A DNA stretch of 55,533 nt, from positions 1 through 55,533 of the forward strand of contig DATBOX010000162.1 in NCBI GenBank assembly GCA_036561685.1, read 5' to 3'. A program made the translations under genes and the position numbers. Positions 8,270 to 17,608 of the stretch are shown here, piece after piece. Source of the DNA: Candidatus Limnocylindrales bacterium. Its GTDB lineage: Bacteria > Chloroflexota > Limnocylindria > Limnocylindrales > CSP1-4. Position 1 is the first letter of the stretch. Each line of letters starts with the position of its first letter. Below the pieces are notes generated by a model, which was not told where the DNA came from, made no database searches, and saw only the letters and a program-made list of their open reading frames with translations.

Positions 8270-9118
8270 CTAGCCGATCGTCGTCGTGAGCTCCCCGATC
8301 CCCCCGATCCGGCACGTGACCAGGTCGCCGGGCTGGAGGTGGCGCTCCGGCCCGAGCGGCCCGGCGAGCCTGGCGGGCGTGCCGGTGGCGATCAGGTCCC
8401 CAGGCCGCAGCACCGTGTGGCGGCTGAGGTAGGCGATCACCTCGGCGATCGAGTGGCGCATGTGGCCCGTGGTGCCGGCCTGGATCGGCGTGCCGTTGAT
8501 GGTGCAGCCGAGGCTCGTATCCTGCGCCTCCACCTCGTCGGGCGTGACGACCCAGGGCCCCACGGGGCAGAAGCCGGCGAACGACTTGCCCAGCAGCCAC
8601 TGGTCGCCGTCGAGCCACGGGTCGCGTGACGAGATATCGTCGATGCAGGTGTAGCCGAAGACGTGCTGCAGGGCATCCTCCGGCCGCACGGCCGCGGCCG
8701 TCTCTCCGATGACCACGCCGAGCTCCACCTCGGGGTCCACGTTGGCCGTCAGCGACCGGTCCCACGAGACCGTTGCGCCGTGCCCGATCACCGAGGTGGG
8801 CAGCTTGGCGTAGACGAGCGGCCGCACCGGCCCGGCGGCAGGGTCGTCGGGCGGCGCGTAATTGAGGCCGATGGTGTAGATGGCCCCCGGGTCGGGTACG
8901 GCGGGTCCGAGTCGGATGTCGTCGAGCGACCGGTACAGCCGCGGAGGCTGCTGCCGCGCCCAGTCACCGACGCGCCGGAGGCCCGCCTGGCCGCTCGCGG
9001 CGAGGCCGCGCATCGTGCCCAGGCCCGGGCCTGCCGCGGCCAGCGGCAGGACGTGCCGATCGTCCACCAGCACCACCGCGATCGCGCCACCGTCATCGAT
9101 GACCGTGGCGAAGCGCAT
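8270..9118 (-). CDS. Fumarylacetoacetate hydrolase (FAH)-family protein
   Basis: 282 aa. YAKLPTSVIGHG, EVELGVVIG, DDISSRD, LGKSFAGFCPVGPW and PGDLIATGTP match the typical FAH C-terminal domain. Confidence 0.9.
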   Translation of the reverse strand: MRFATVIDDGGAIAVVLVDDRHVLPLAAAGPGLGTMRGLAASGQAGLRRVGDWARQQPPRLYRSLDDIRLGPAVPDPGAIYTIGLNYAPPDDPAAGPVRPLVYAKLPTSVIGHGATVSWDRSLTANVDPEVELGVVIGETAAAVRPEDALQHVFGYTCIDDISSRDPWLDGDQWLLGKSFAGFCPVGPWVVTPDEVEAQDTSLGCTINGTPIQAGTTGHMRHSIAEVIAYLSRHTVLRPGDLIATGTPARLAGPLGPERHLQPGDLVTCRIGGIGELTTTIG

Positions 9119-9121
9119 GCG

Positions 9122-9979
9122 TCAGGCCCCGGCCGCGACGTCGGCGAGGAGCGGCGCGACCGCCGCCCGCATCACGTCCGCCATCCCGCCCACGCCCGTC
9201 CAGCGCTCGAAGGCGATGGCCGCCTGCTGGATGAGCATCTCGGACCCGTTCGCCGCACGCAGCCCGCGCGCCCGGGCGGCCCGCAGCAGGGGCGTTTCGC
9301 TCGGCACATAGACCAGGTCGAAGACGGTCGCGTCTGCCCGCAACGCCGCGACATCGATCGTGGTGCCGGCGTGAAGCATCCCGACGGTCGTCGCGTTGAC
9401 GGCCAGGTCGGCCGATCGCAGCGCGTCCGTGAAGGCCGGATCGTCCAGCGCGACCGCGGCCACGGCGCCTGACCCGACGCCGCCGAAGCGCTCGGCGAGG
9501 GCCGCCGCGGACGCCAGCGTGCGATTGCCGATCGTCACCCGCTCGGCGCCGGCGCTGAGGCAGGTGAAGACGACGGCGTGCGCGGCGCCGCCGGCGCCGG
9601 CCACGACGACTCGCCGGCCGGCCAGCGGACGGCCCATGGCCAGTTCGACGCCGGCGCGGAAGCCCGGCGCATCCGTGTTGAAGCCCGCCAGCTCCCCGGC
9701 GGCCGTCCGGGCCACGCTGTTGACCGCGCCGATGGCCGCCGCGTCGGCCTCCACCTGGTCGCACAGGCCGGCCACGAGGCGCTTGTAGGGGGCCGTGACC
9801 TGCAGGCCCAGCCAGGCCGGGCCTCGCGCCTGGGCCACGGCCGCCGGCACGTCCGGCTCGTCCAGCTCCAGGAGCTCGTAGCGGGCGTCGATGCCGGCCG
9901 CCACGAACGCTGCGTCGTGCATGACCTGCGAATGACGCCGCCGGAGCGGCTTGCCAAGGAGCGCGACCCGCTGCGTCAC
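9122..9979 (-). CDS. aroE: Shikimate/quinate dehydrogenase (AroE/YdiB family)
   Basis: 285 aa from GTG 9977-9979, which overlaps the stop of the upstream LLM gene (GTGA). Motifs: LLGKPLRRRHSQVMHDAAF, LQVTAPYK, NTDAPGF and VVAGAGGAAHAV. The catabolic context makes a YdiB-like role as likely as a biosynthetic AroE role. Confidence 0.8.
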   Translation of the reverse strand: MTQRVALLGKPLRRRHSQVMHDAAFVAAGIDARYELLELDEPDVPAAVAQARGPAWLGLQVTAPYKRLVAGLCDQVEADAAAIGAVNSVARTAAGELAGFNTDAPGFRAGVELAMGRPLAGRRVVVAGAGGAAHAVVFTCLSAGAERVTIGNRTLASAAALAERFGGVGSGAVAAVALDDPAFTDALRSADLAVNATTVGMLHAGTTIDVAALRADATVFDLVYVPSETPLLRAARARGLRAANGSEMLIQQAAIAFERWTGVGGMADVMRAAVAPLLADVAAGA

Positions 9980-11019
9980 CGCAGGGCCGGTGCCATGCGC
10001 CGCACCGGTCCGGCCGTGGCGGGGAACGTCACGTGGGGGATGATCTCGTCCACCCACGCCTGCAGCTGCGCCGGGTCGGGCGTCATGGTGTGGAGGACGA
10101 AGTACTCCACCCCGGCGTCGACCCGCGCCTGCAGGGAAGCGATGACCTCGTCGGGCGTCCCGAACAGGTAGACCGACTCAAGGTACTTGGGACCGCGCTC
10201 GGCGCTCATGACCTTCAGGAACGCCCGATGCTGCTCCTCGCGCGCCCTGGCAGGGTCGTCGGTCAGCACCAGGTGCAGGAAGTTCTCGTGCGCCACCACG
10301 CACTCGTCGGGATCGCGGCCGTGCTCCCGGTAGTACGCCTGCAGCTCCACCCAGTCGCGGGCGATGTCCTCCGGCGGGCAGGTGGGCCGGGGGATCCAGC
10401 CGTCGGTGCGGAGGACCCGGGCCTTGACCGACTCGACGAAGCGGGGCAGGTCGGGCGACTTGGGGTCGGCCAGCTGCGAACCGCCGCCGATCCAGATCTC
10501 CGGCCGCCGCGAGGCGGTGGGTTCGATGAAGACGTCGTCGACCGAGTAGTAGCGGCCGTGATAGGTGACCGTCTGCCCCTCGAGGAGCGGCGTGATGATG
10601 TCGAGCATCTCGTCGGTGCGTTTGCCACGCTCCGACTTGTGGACGCCGACCGCCTCGTACTCGGCGTCGTTCCAGCCGACCCCCGCCCCCAGGATGACGC
10701 GGTTCTCCGACAGGAACTGGAGCGTGGCCAGCTCTTTGGCCAGGAGCACCGGATTGCGCAGCGGCATGATCAGGATCGAGGTGCCAAGGCGGACCCGCTC
10801 GGTCACCCCGGCCGCCACGGCCAGCGCCGCCAGCGGCTCCAGGAACGAGACCGAGTAGAAGCGCTTCGCGGCCAGCAGATGGTCCGTGATGAAGAGGGAG
10901 TCGAAGCCCAGGTCCTCCACCGCCCGCGCGAAGGTCCGGATGCCACGGGCCCGTTCGGGGCCGTCACCGGCCCAGATGTACGAGGGCAGGAAGACCCCGA
11001 AGCGTCCGATCTCACTCAT
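9976..11019 (-). CDS. LLM-class (luciferase-like) flavin/F420-dependent oxidoreductase
   Basis: 347 aa from ATG 11017-11019 (MSEIGRFGVFLPSY...). FDSLFITDHL, LGTSILIMPLRNPVLLAKELATL, GAGVGW and FGTPDEVI are present. The longer track ORF (to 11937) is antisense to the crotonase gene. Confidence 0.85.
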   Translation of the reverse strand: MSEIGRFGVFLPSYIWAGDGPERARGIRTFARAVEDLGFDSLFITDHLLAAKRFYSVSFLEPLAALAVAAGVTERVRLGTSILIMPLRNPVLLAKELATLQFLSENRVILGAGVGWNDAEYEAVGVHKSERGKRTDEMLDIITPLLEGQTVTYHGRYYSVDDVFIEPTASRRPEIWIGGGSQLADPKSPDLPRFVESVKARVLRTDGWIPRPTCPPEDIARDWVELQAYYREHGRDPDECVVAHENFLHLVLTDDPARAREEQHRAFLKVMSAERGPKYLESVYLFGTPDEVIASLQARVDAGVEYFVLHTMTPDPAQLQAWVDEIIPHVTFPATAGPVRRMAPALR

Positions 11020-11039
11020 GCGATGCGTCCCTCGTGCAT

Positions 11040-11819
11040 TCACCGACCCCGGTAGACGGGGTCGCGCTTGCCGAGGAAGGCGCGGGCTCCCTCCAGCATG
11101 TCGTCGGTGGCGAAGATGCGGTCGGAGGCGTCCAGCTCGGCGGCGAGACCGGCGTCGAGATCCACGTCCAGGGCCCGGTCGATGAGGCGCTTGGCCTCCC
11201 GGACGGCGAGCGGCCCGCGGGCCGCGATGTCGGCCGCCAGCTCGTCGGCGGCGTGACGCGCCTGGCCCGCCGGCACGACCCGGTTGACCAGCCCGATCCG
11301 CACCGCCTCCTCCGCGTCGACGAGGCGGCCGCTGAGGATCAACTCCTTGGCCAAGGCCGGTCCCACGAGGCGCGGCAGCCGCTGTGTGCCGCCGCCGCCG
11401 GGTGTCACCGCCAGGCGGACCTCGGGCAGGCCCAGGCGGGCGCGCGCGGAGGCGATGCGGATGTCGCAGCACAGCGCCAGCTCCAGGCCGCCACCCAGCG
11501 CGTCGCCCTCGATGGCGGCGATGGTGGGCATGGGCAGGCCGGCCAGGCGGCTGGCGACGCGTTCGTCCAGCTCCCGGCGCTCTCGGCCGGCCGGGCCCCG
11601 CTGGACCTCGAATTCGCCGACGTGCGAGCCGGCGCAGAACGCCCGCTCGCCGGCGCCCGTCAGGACCACCGCGCGGACGTCGCCGGCCGGGGCCGCGCCG
11701 AGCGTCGCGAGGGCCAGTTCGAGCTCGTCCAGAAGCTCGCGCGTCACGAGGTTGAGCGGCGGGTTGACCAGCTCCAGGTAGGCGACGAGCCCCAGCTCCA
11801 GGGTGACAAGCCCGCTCAT
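11040..11819 (-). CDS. Enoyl-CoA hydratase/isomerase (crotonase) family protein
   Basis: 259 aa. VVLTGAGERAFCAGSHV, AAIEGDALGGGLELALCCDIRIA and GLPEV are present. The start overlaps the CoA-transferase stop (11816-11819). Confidence 0.9.
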   Translation of the reverse strand: MSGLVTLELGLVAYLELVNPPLNLVTRELLDELELALATLGAAPAGDVRAVVLTGAGERAFCAGSHVGEFEVQRGPAGRERRELDERVASRLAGLPMPTIAAIEGDALGGGLELALCCDIRIASARARLGLPEVRLAVTPGGGGTQRLPRLVGPALAKELILSGRLVDAEEAVRIGLVNRVVPAGQARHAADELAADIAARGPLAVREAKRLIDRALDVDLDAGLAAELDASDRIFATDDMLEGARAFLGKRDPVYRGR

Positions 11820-13375
11820 GTGGACACCCCGAAGTCGGCCGCCAGGCCCATCGGGCCCCTGGCGTAGAGGCGGCGATCCATCGTCTGCAGCTGCTCGGCG
11901 ACGCGGGGGCGGAAGCCCATCCGGCCCAGCACGTCACGCTCGACGTCGATGCCGGGCGCCACCTCCGTCAGCACGAGCCCGTCGTCGGCCAGGGCGAAGA
12001 CCGCCCGATCGGTGATGTAGCGGACCTGCTGGCCGCGCTGGCGGGCCAGGTGGCCGTTGAACGAGACCTGCCGGACGTGGGGCACGAACTTCTGGAGGCC
12101 GCCCTCGTGGACGATGCGCACCCCGTCCTCGATCTCGAGGCGCAGGCCCTGCGCCGTGAGCGTGCCGACGAAGTTGAGGCGGCCTGTCCGCGCGCTGATG
12201 TTGGGGAACCCGCCCGGGCCGCGGACGCGGCCCTCGAAGGCATGGACGTTGACGTTGCCCTCGGCGTCTACCTCGGCGAACGAGAGGCTCGCCACGTCGA
12301 GCCCGCCGCCGTCGTAGAAGTCGAACATGTAGGGCTGGTCGATCATGGCCTGGTAGTTGAACCCCGCCCCGCCCTCATTGCCCGCGACCGGCACGCCGCC
12401 GAAGATGCCCTGCTCCACGGTCAGGACCAGCTGGTCGGTGATGCCCTCCTCCCAGGCCACGCGGCCGATCAGCTGGCTGATGCCGAAGCCCAGGTTGCAG
12501 ATGGCGCCGCGGGGGAACTCGAGCAGGGAGCGGCGGGCGATGATCTTGCGCACGTCGAGCGGCAGTGGCGCCTCCGGCGTGGCCGGCCTGCGGAGAGCCC
12601 CGGCGTAGTACGGCGAGTCCTGCGTGATGTACGTCTGCCACTGGTCCGCGTCGACGTACACGTAGTCGATGAGCGCGGCGGGGACCTTCACGTTCCGCAG
12701 GGGCAGGCTGCCCCGACGGGCGAGCTGCCGGACCTGGGCGATGACGAGGCCGCCGCTGTTGCGGGCGGCCATCGCCATGGCCAGCATCTCGCCCTGGACC
12801 GCCTCGCCCTCCATGGAGAGGTTGCCGTCCTCGTCCGCGGTCGTGCCGCGGATGACGGCCACGTCGATGGGGAAGGCGTGGTACAGGAGCCACTCGCGGC
12901 CGCGCAGGTTGACCAGCTCGACGAGGTCCTCCGTGGTGGCGGCGTTCTGCTTGCCGCCGGTCTCCCGGGGATCCACGTACGTGCCGAGGCCCACGTGCGT
13001 GACCAGCCCGGGCCGCCCGGCCGCGATCTCCCGCATCAGCTGCGACAGCACGCCCTGGGGGAACGAGTAGGCCTGGATCTCGTTGGCTTCCACGAGCGCA
13101 CCAAGGCGCGGCTCGTTGCCGATGTTGCTGCCGATCGTGCGCCGCGCCAGGCCGGGCAGGGCCAGCTGGGAGAAGCCGCGGTCGGCGAAATCGCCGATGC
13201 CCACCACGCGCACGGTCGTCAGGTCCCGCGGGTGGCCCTCCGCGGTGAAGACCGCGGCCAGCTCGTCGATGAAGCGCTGCGGCACGGCGTGGCCGGCCCC
13301 GGAGCCGCCGATCAACAGGGTGCTGCCGTCGCGGACCAGGCCGACCGCCTCACGGACCTCGACCACCTTCGTCAC
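11816..13375 (-). CDS. Acyl-CoA:carboxylate CoA-transferase (YdiF/propionate CoA-transferase family)
   Basis: 519 aa from GTG 13373-13375, which overlaps the upstream SDR stop (GTGA). DGSTLLIGGSGAGHAVP, the single-chain alpha+beta CoA-transferase layout and EQGIFGG are present. The N-terminal extension in the track ORF (to 14368) is antisense junk. Confidence 0.85.
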   Translation of the reverse strand: MTKVVEVREAVGLVRDGSTLLIGGSGAGHAVPQRFIDELAAVFTAEGHPRDLTTVRVVGIGDFADRGFSQLALPGLARRTIGSNIGNEPRLGALVEANEIQAYSFPQGVLSQLMREIAAGRPGLVTHVGLGTYVDPRETGGKQNAATTEDLVELVNLRGREWLLYHAFPIDVAVIRGTTADEDGNLSMEGEAVQGEMLAMAMAARNSGGLVIAQVRQLARRGSLPLRNVKVPAALIDYVYVDADQWQTYITQDSPYYAGALRRPATPEAPLPLDVRKIIARRSLLEFPRGAICNLGFGISQLIGRVAWEEGITDQLVLTVEQGIFGGVPVAGNEGGAGFNYQAMIDQPYMFDFYDGGGLDVASLSFAEVDAEGNVNVHAFEGRVRGPGGFPNISARTGRLNFVGTLTAQGLRLEIEDGVRIVHEGGLQKFVPHVRQVSFNGHLARQRGQQVRYITDRAVFALADDGLVLTEVAPGIDVERDVLGRMGFRPRVAEQLQTMDRRLYARGPMGLAADFGVST

Positions 13376-14127
13376 GGCATGTAGCCCCCGGCGTTGGGGT
13401 TGAGCGTCTGGCCAAGGAACAGGCTGGACGCGTCGGAGAGCAGGAAGATGACCGCCTCGGCCACCTCTTCCGGTCGTCCGAAGCGGCCCAGGGCCATGTC
13501 GCGCAGGCGCCGGCGGCCTTCCTCGCCGTCGACGAGGTCGGTGGTCATGCCGGTCTCCACGACGGCGGGGGCGACGGCGTTGACGCGGATGCCGCGCGCG
13601 CCGAACTCCCGGGCAAGCGCGCGGGTCAGGCCGATCAGGCCCGCCTTGGCGGCACTGTAGGCGGCCGTCTCGGCGACGCCCATCTGGCCAAGCCGCGAGG
13701 CCACGTTGACGATCGATCCGCTGCCTCGCTCCAGCATCGACGGCAGTGCCGCGCGGCACGTGTGGAACGCAGCGGTCAGGTCGGTGCGGATGAGGGCCTC
13801 CCATTCGGCCGGCTCGATGGCCAGGAACGGCCCGACCTGCGTGCGCCCGGCGTTGTTGACCAGCCCGTCCAGGCGCCCGAAGCGGTCGAGCACGCGCGCC
13901 ACCAGGTCCTCCGCCTGCGCCCCGTCGGCGATGTCCGCGGCGAAGCTCTCGGCCTCGGCGCCCTCGCCGCGGGCGCGGGCCACGGTCCGGGCCGCACCGT
14001 CCGCCGACAGGTTGAAGTGGACGGCCACGGTCGCCCCGGCCGCGGCCGCCTTGACGGCCACCTCCGCCCCGATGCCGCGGCTGCTGCCGGTGACGAGCAC
14101 GACCCGGCCCGCCAGGGCGTCCGCCAT
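13372..14127 (-). CDS. SDR-family oxidoreductase (FabG-like)
   Basis: 251 aa. Motifs: VTGSSRGIGAEVA, NNAG and YSAAKAG. The ATG shares one nt with the upstream stop (TGATG at 14125-14129). Confidence 0.9.
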   Translation of the reverse strand: MADALAGRVVLVTGSSRGIGAEVAVKAAAAGATVAVHFNLSADGAARTVARARGEGAEAESFAADIADGAQAEDLVARVLDRFGRLDGLVNNAGRTQVGPFLAIEPAEWEALIRTDLTAAFHTCRAALPSMLERGSGSIVNVASRLGQMGVAETAAYSAAKAGLIGLTRALAREFGARGIRVNAVAPAVVETGMTTDLVDGEEGRRRLRDMALGRFGRPEEVAEAVIFLLSDASSLFLGQTLNPNAGGYMP

Positions 14128-15059
14128 CAGGCGACGCCGGCCGGCGTGAGCAGGTTCGCGGCCTCCAGGGCGGCGCGGATGGCGGCCGAGGCGTCCGTCG
14201 AGGCGGGCAGGAGCGGCGGGCGCATGACCGTGCTGTCGATGACGCCGAGGTGCTTGAGGGCGATCTTGGTGCGGGCGCGGTAGTCACGCACCGGCTGGGC
14301 GTAGACGGCCTCCTCCAGCGGCAGGATGCGTTCCCAGATGGCACGGGCCTCCGCCCAGCGGGCGTCACGGGTGAGGCGGTACATCTGCACCTGGAGGTCG
14401 GTGGCCAGCGTCCCGAAGCCGATGAGGGCGCCCTCGGCGCCCATGACGAACGACTCGTACACGAAGTTGTCGTCGCCGGTCAGCAGGTCGATGGGGCGCT
14501 CGAGGCGCTCGATCATGCGCCGCGTGGCCAGGTAGAGCCGCGCGTCGAAGGAGGCCTCCTTGAGCGCCACGACGCTGTTGATGGCGGCGATCCGCACCAG
14601 GATCTCCTCCGAGAAGATCACCCCGCCAAGGGCCGGCTGGAGCTGGAAGGCGACGAGCGGCAGGCCGCAGCCCGACGCGATGGCCTCGTGGTAGGCCACC
14701 GGGAGCGCGGGATCCAGCGGCGTACCCTGGTAGGCCGGGATGGGGAAGACCAGGAGGCCGCGGGCGCCCGCGCCTTCGGCCCGCTTGGCCTCCTCCACGG
14801 CCTGGGCGGTGAACGAGGCGCTGAGCCCGGCGATCACCGGGACCGCACCCGCCTCGTCGACCGCGACGCGGAGGACGCGCTCGCGCTCGTCCGGCCAGAG
14901 GTGCGGCCCCTCGCCGGTGTCGGCGTTGATGGCCAACGCGACCGGGCCCTGCGGCAGCAGCCACTGCAGGTAGCGGCGATAGGCCGCCTCGTCGAAGCGG
15001 CCGTCGGCGTCGAAGGTGATGACGCAGGCGGGGATGATGCCGTGGAGATCGAGGCTCAT
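14127..15059 (-). CDS. DHDPS/N-acetylneuraminate-lyase-family class I aldolase or dehydratase
   Basis: 310 aa. IPACVITFDADGRFDEAAYRRYLQWLL, the INADTGEG variant of the GTTGE motif, and VVALKEAS (Schiff-base Lys) are present. The start overlaps the LacI stop (ATGA 15056-15059). Confidence 0.85.
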   Translation of the reverse strand: MSLDLHGIIPACVITFDADGRFDEAAYRRYLQWLLPQGPVALAINADTGEGPHLWPDERERVLRVAVDEAGAVPVIAGLSASFTAQAVEEAKRAEGAGARGLLVFPIPAYQGTPLDPALPVAYHEAIASGCGLPLVAFQLQPALGGVIFSEEILVRIAAINSVVALKEASFDARLYLATRRMIERLERPIDLLTGDDNFVYESFVMGAEGALIGFGTLATDLQVQMYRLTRDARWAEARAIWERILPLEEAVYAQPVRDYRARTKIALKHLGVIDSTVMRPPLLPASTDASAAIRAALEAANLLTPAGVA

Positions 15060-16123
15060 GCTGGTGCTCCCCTCGCGGTGGTGGCTCGGGCTGGATCGGT
15101 CGCGGTGGCGGGCGGCGGGGCGGTCGAGCCACGCAGGACGACCGTGGTCGGCATGAGGTCACGCCGGGGATGTCGCCCGGCCAGCAGGCCGGCCGCGTAT
15201 TCGAAGCCGCGGCGCCCCATCTCGCGGAGCGGCATCCGCACCGTGGAGAGGCTCGGCGTGGTCATCGCCGCGACCGCGATGTCGTCGAAACCGGCCACCG
15301 AGACCTGGTCCGGGACGGCGATCCCGAGCTCGCGGAGCCGCCGCATGGCACCCAGGGCCAGCAGGTCGTTGGCACAGCAGATGGCGGTGAAGGGCAGCCC
15401 GAAGGCGAGCAGCCGATCCACGCCCTGCGCGCCGCCTTCCTGGTCGAAGGTGGCGGTCAGGACGAGCCGCTCGTCGAACGGGACGCCGGCGCCGGCCAGG
15501 CCCCGGCGGTAGCCGGCAAGCCGGTCGCGCGCCACGTAGAGGGTCACCGGCCCGGCCAGGAAGGCGATCCGCCGGTGGCCCAGCCCGACGATGGCGGCCA
15601 CCATCGCCGCGACCCCGCCCGCGTTGTCCACACCGACCTCCGGCCCGCCATGCGCGTGCGGCGACAGGTGGACGACGCCGGCGCCGTAGGCCCGCATGGC
15701 CCGGACGTGCTTGGGCAGCTCCTCGTTCAGGGCCGGGTCGTCAAGGCCGCTGCCGGCGAAGATCACGGCCGCGGCGCGCATCGAGCGCAGCAGCCGGACG
15801 TAGGCGTTCTCGCGCTCGGGGATGCGCTCCGAGCTGCAGGTGATGACCAGGTAGCCGCCCGGCGCGGCGGCGTCTTCCACGCCCCGCACCACCTCGGCGA
15901 AGTAGGGGTCGGTGATGTCGTGGACGATGACGCCGACCACCGGGACGTGGCTCTTGAGCAGGCCGCGAGCGAGGGCGTTGGGCACATAATCCAGGGCCCG
16001 GGCCGCGTCAAGGACGCGCTCACGGGTGGCTGGCCGGACGGCGTAGTCGGCCGCTGAGACGACCCGCGAAACGGTCGCCGTGGAGACGCCCGCGAGGCGC
16101 GCGACCTCGGTGATGGATGTCAC
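15056..16123 (-). CDS. LacI-family transcriptional regulator
   Basis: 355 aa. It has the N-terminal HTH ITEVARLAGVSTATVSRVV followed by a periplasmic-binding-protein-like sugar-binding core. Confidence 0.95.
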   Translation of the reverse strand: MTSITEVARLAGVSTATVSRVVSAADYAVRPATRERVLDAARALDYVPNALARGLLKSHVPVVGVIVHDITDPYFAEVVRGVEDAAAPGGYLVITCSSERIPERENAYVRLLRSMRAAAVIFAGSGLDDPALNEELPKHVRAMRAYGAGVVHLSPHAHGGPEVGVDNAGGVAAMVAAIVGLGHRRIAFLAGPVTLYVARDRLAGYRRGLAGAGVPFDERLVLTATFDQEGGAQGVDRLLAFGLPFTAICCANDLLALGAMRRLRELGIAVPDQVSVAGFDDIAVAAMTTPSLSTVRMPLREMGRRGFEYAAGLLAGRHPRRDLMPTTVVLRGSTAPPPATATDPARATTARGAPA

Positions 16124-16133
16124 CTCGCCGGGC

Positions 16134-17597
16134 TCAGTAGGTGGGGCCGAACGAGCGCGGCTTGTCGCGGACGGTCAGCCACTGCCACTCGGTGAACGCC
16201 TCCAGGCTAGCCTCGCCGCCGAAACGGCCGCCGTTGCCGGAGATGCCCATGCCGCCGAACGGGATGATCGCCTCGTCGTTGATGGTCTGGTCGTTGACGT
16301 GGACCATGCCCGCCCGGATGCGGTTGGCGATGGCCAGCCCCCGCGAGATCGAGCGCGAATACACGCCCGCGGCCAGGCCGTACTCGCTGTCGTTGGCCAG
16401 TGCGACCGCCTCGTCGTCGGAGTCGAAGCCGACCACCGGCGCGACCGGGCCGAACGTCTCGTCGGTCCACACCGGCAGCCCGGTCGTGACCTCGGCCAGC
16501 ACGGTCGGCCGGTAGAAGAGCCCCTCGTGCGTGCCGCCGGCCACGAGGCGTGCGCCACCCGCCACGGAGCGCTGGACGATGGCGTCGACGCGGGCGAGCT
16601 GCTTCTCGTTGACGATCGGGCCCAGGTCCACGTCCTCGCGATAGGGATCACCAAGGCGCAGCCTCTTGGCCTTGGTCGCCAGCAACTCGATGTACTCGTC
16701 GGCGACCGAGCGATGGACGATGTGGCGGCCCACCGCGAAGCAGACCTGGCCCTGGAACTGGAAGGACGAGTAGGCCCCGGCCGACGCCGCCGCCTCCAGG
16801 TCGGCGTCGTCCAGGACCACCAAGGCGTTGTTGCCGCCGAGTTCGAGCGAGACCTTCTTGAGCAGGCCCCCGGCGAGGGTGCCGACGCGCCGCCCGGCCG
16901 CCGTCGAACCGGTGAACGACACCATGTCCACGTGGGGGTCGGTGACCAGGGCCTCGCCGGCCTCGGCCCCGCCGATGACGATCTGCAGGAGCCCCTCGGG
17001 CAGGCCCGCCTCGCGGAAGATCGCGGCGAAGACGGCCCCGCCGCACACCGGGGTCTGCGGATCGGGCTTGAGGATGACGGCGTTGCCCAGCGCGAGTGCC
17101 GGCGCGACGACCCGCATGCCGAGGACGCTCGGCGAGTTCCACGGCGTGATGGCACCGACGACGCCGACCGGCACGCGGCGGACCATCGAGAGGCGGTCGG
17201 TCTGCGCCGACGGCAGCAGCGACCCGTACGGCTGGGAGGGCATCGACGAGGCGTTCAGGAGCTCCTGCACGGTGAAGTCCTGTTCGTGGTGCATCTTGTT
17301 GCGGTGAGCGCCCGTCTCCCGCTGCGTCCACGTCCCGAACTCCGGCCGATGGGCCTCGTAGATGTCCGCTGCCCGGCGCAGGATGCGGGCCCGCTCCTGG
17401 TGGTTCGTCTCCGCCCAGGCCGGCTGCGCCGACGCGGCGGCCGCCGCGGCCCGGGCGACGTCGTCGGGCGTCGACTGGTGGAGGGTCGTGAGCGGGATGC
17501 CGGTGGCCGGCTCGCGCTTCTCGACCGGCTCACCGCTGCCCGGTCGCCAGTCGTCGAGGAACGGGTCGAGCCATCGTGCCGGTGCGGTCACAGCCAT
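16134..17597 (-). CDS. NAD(P)-dependent aldehyde dehydrogenase
   Basis: 487 aa. Motifs: ITPWNSP, LELGGNNA (catalytic Glu), FQGQVCFAVGR (catalytic Cys) and ETFGPV. Confidence 0.95.
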   Translation of the reverse strand: MAVTAPARWLDPFLDDWRPGSGEPVEKREPATGIPLTTLHQSTPDDVARAAAAAASAQPAWAETNHQERARILRRAADIYEAHRPEFGTWTQRETGAHRNKMHHEQDFTVQELLNASSMPSQPYGSLLPSAQTDRLSMVRRVPVGVVGAITPWNSPSVLGMRVVAPALALGNAVILKPDPQTPVCGGAVFAAIFREAGLPEGLLQIVIGGAEAGEALVTDPHVDMVSFTGSTAAGRRVGTLAGGLLKKVSLELGGNNALVVLDDADLEAAASAGAYSSFQFQGQVCFAVGRHIVHRSVADEYIELLATKAKRLRLGDPYREDVDLGPIVNEKQLARVDAIVQRSVAGGARLVAGGTHEGLFYRPTVLAEVTTGLPVWTDETFGPVAPVVGFDSDDEAVALANDSEYGLAAGVYSRSISRGLAIANRIRAGMVHVNDQTINDEAIIPFGGMGISGNGGRFGGEASLEAFTEWQWLTVRDKPRSFGPTY

Positions 17598-17608
17598 GTC
17601 GATCTCCC

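Noticed and set aside
9976-11937. Very long N-terminal extensions in the ORF track (9976..11937, 11816..14368, 5953..7068, 6621..7574, 17609..19162, 25330..27165, 27464..29965, 36169..37845, 37861..38985, 45343..47169).
   Set aside because: The extensions overlap the well-supported upstream gene and are Arg/Pro-rich. Each has an internal start that abuts or overlaps the upstream stop (ATGA/GTGA), often with a Shine-Dalgarno sequence, and I used those internal starts.
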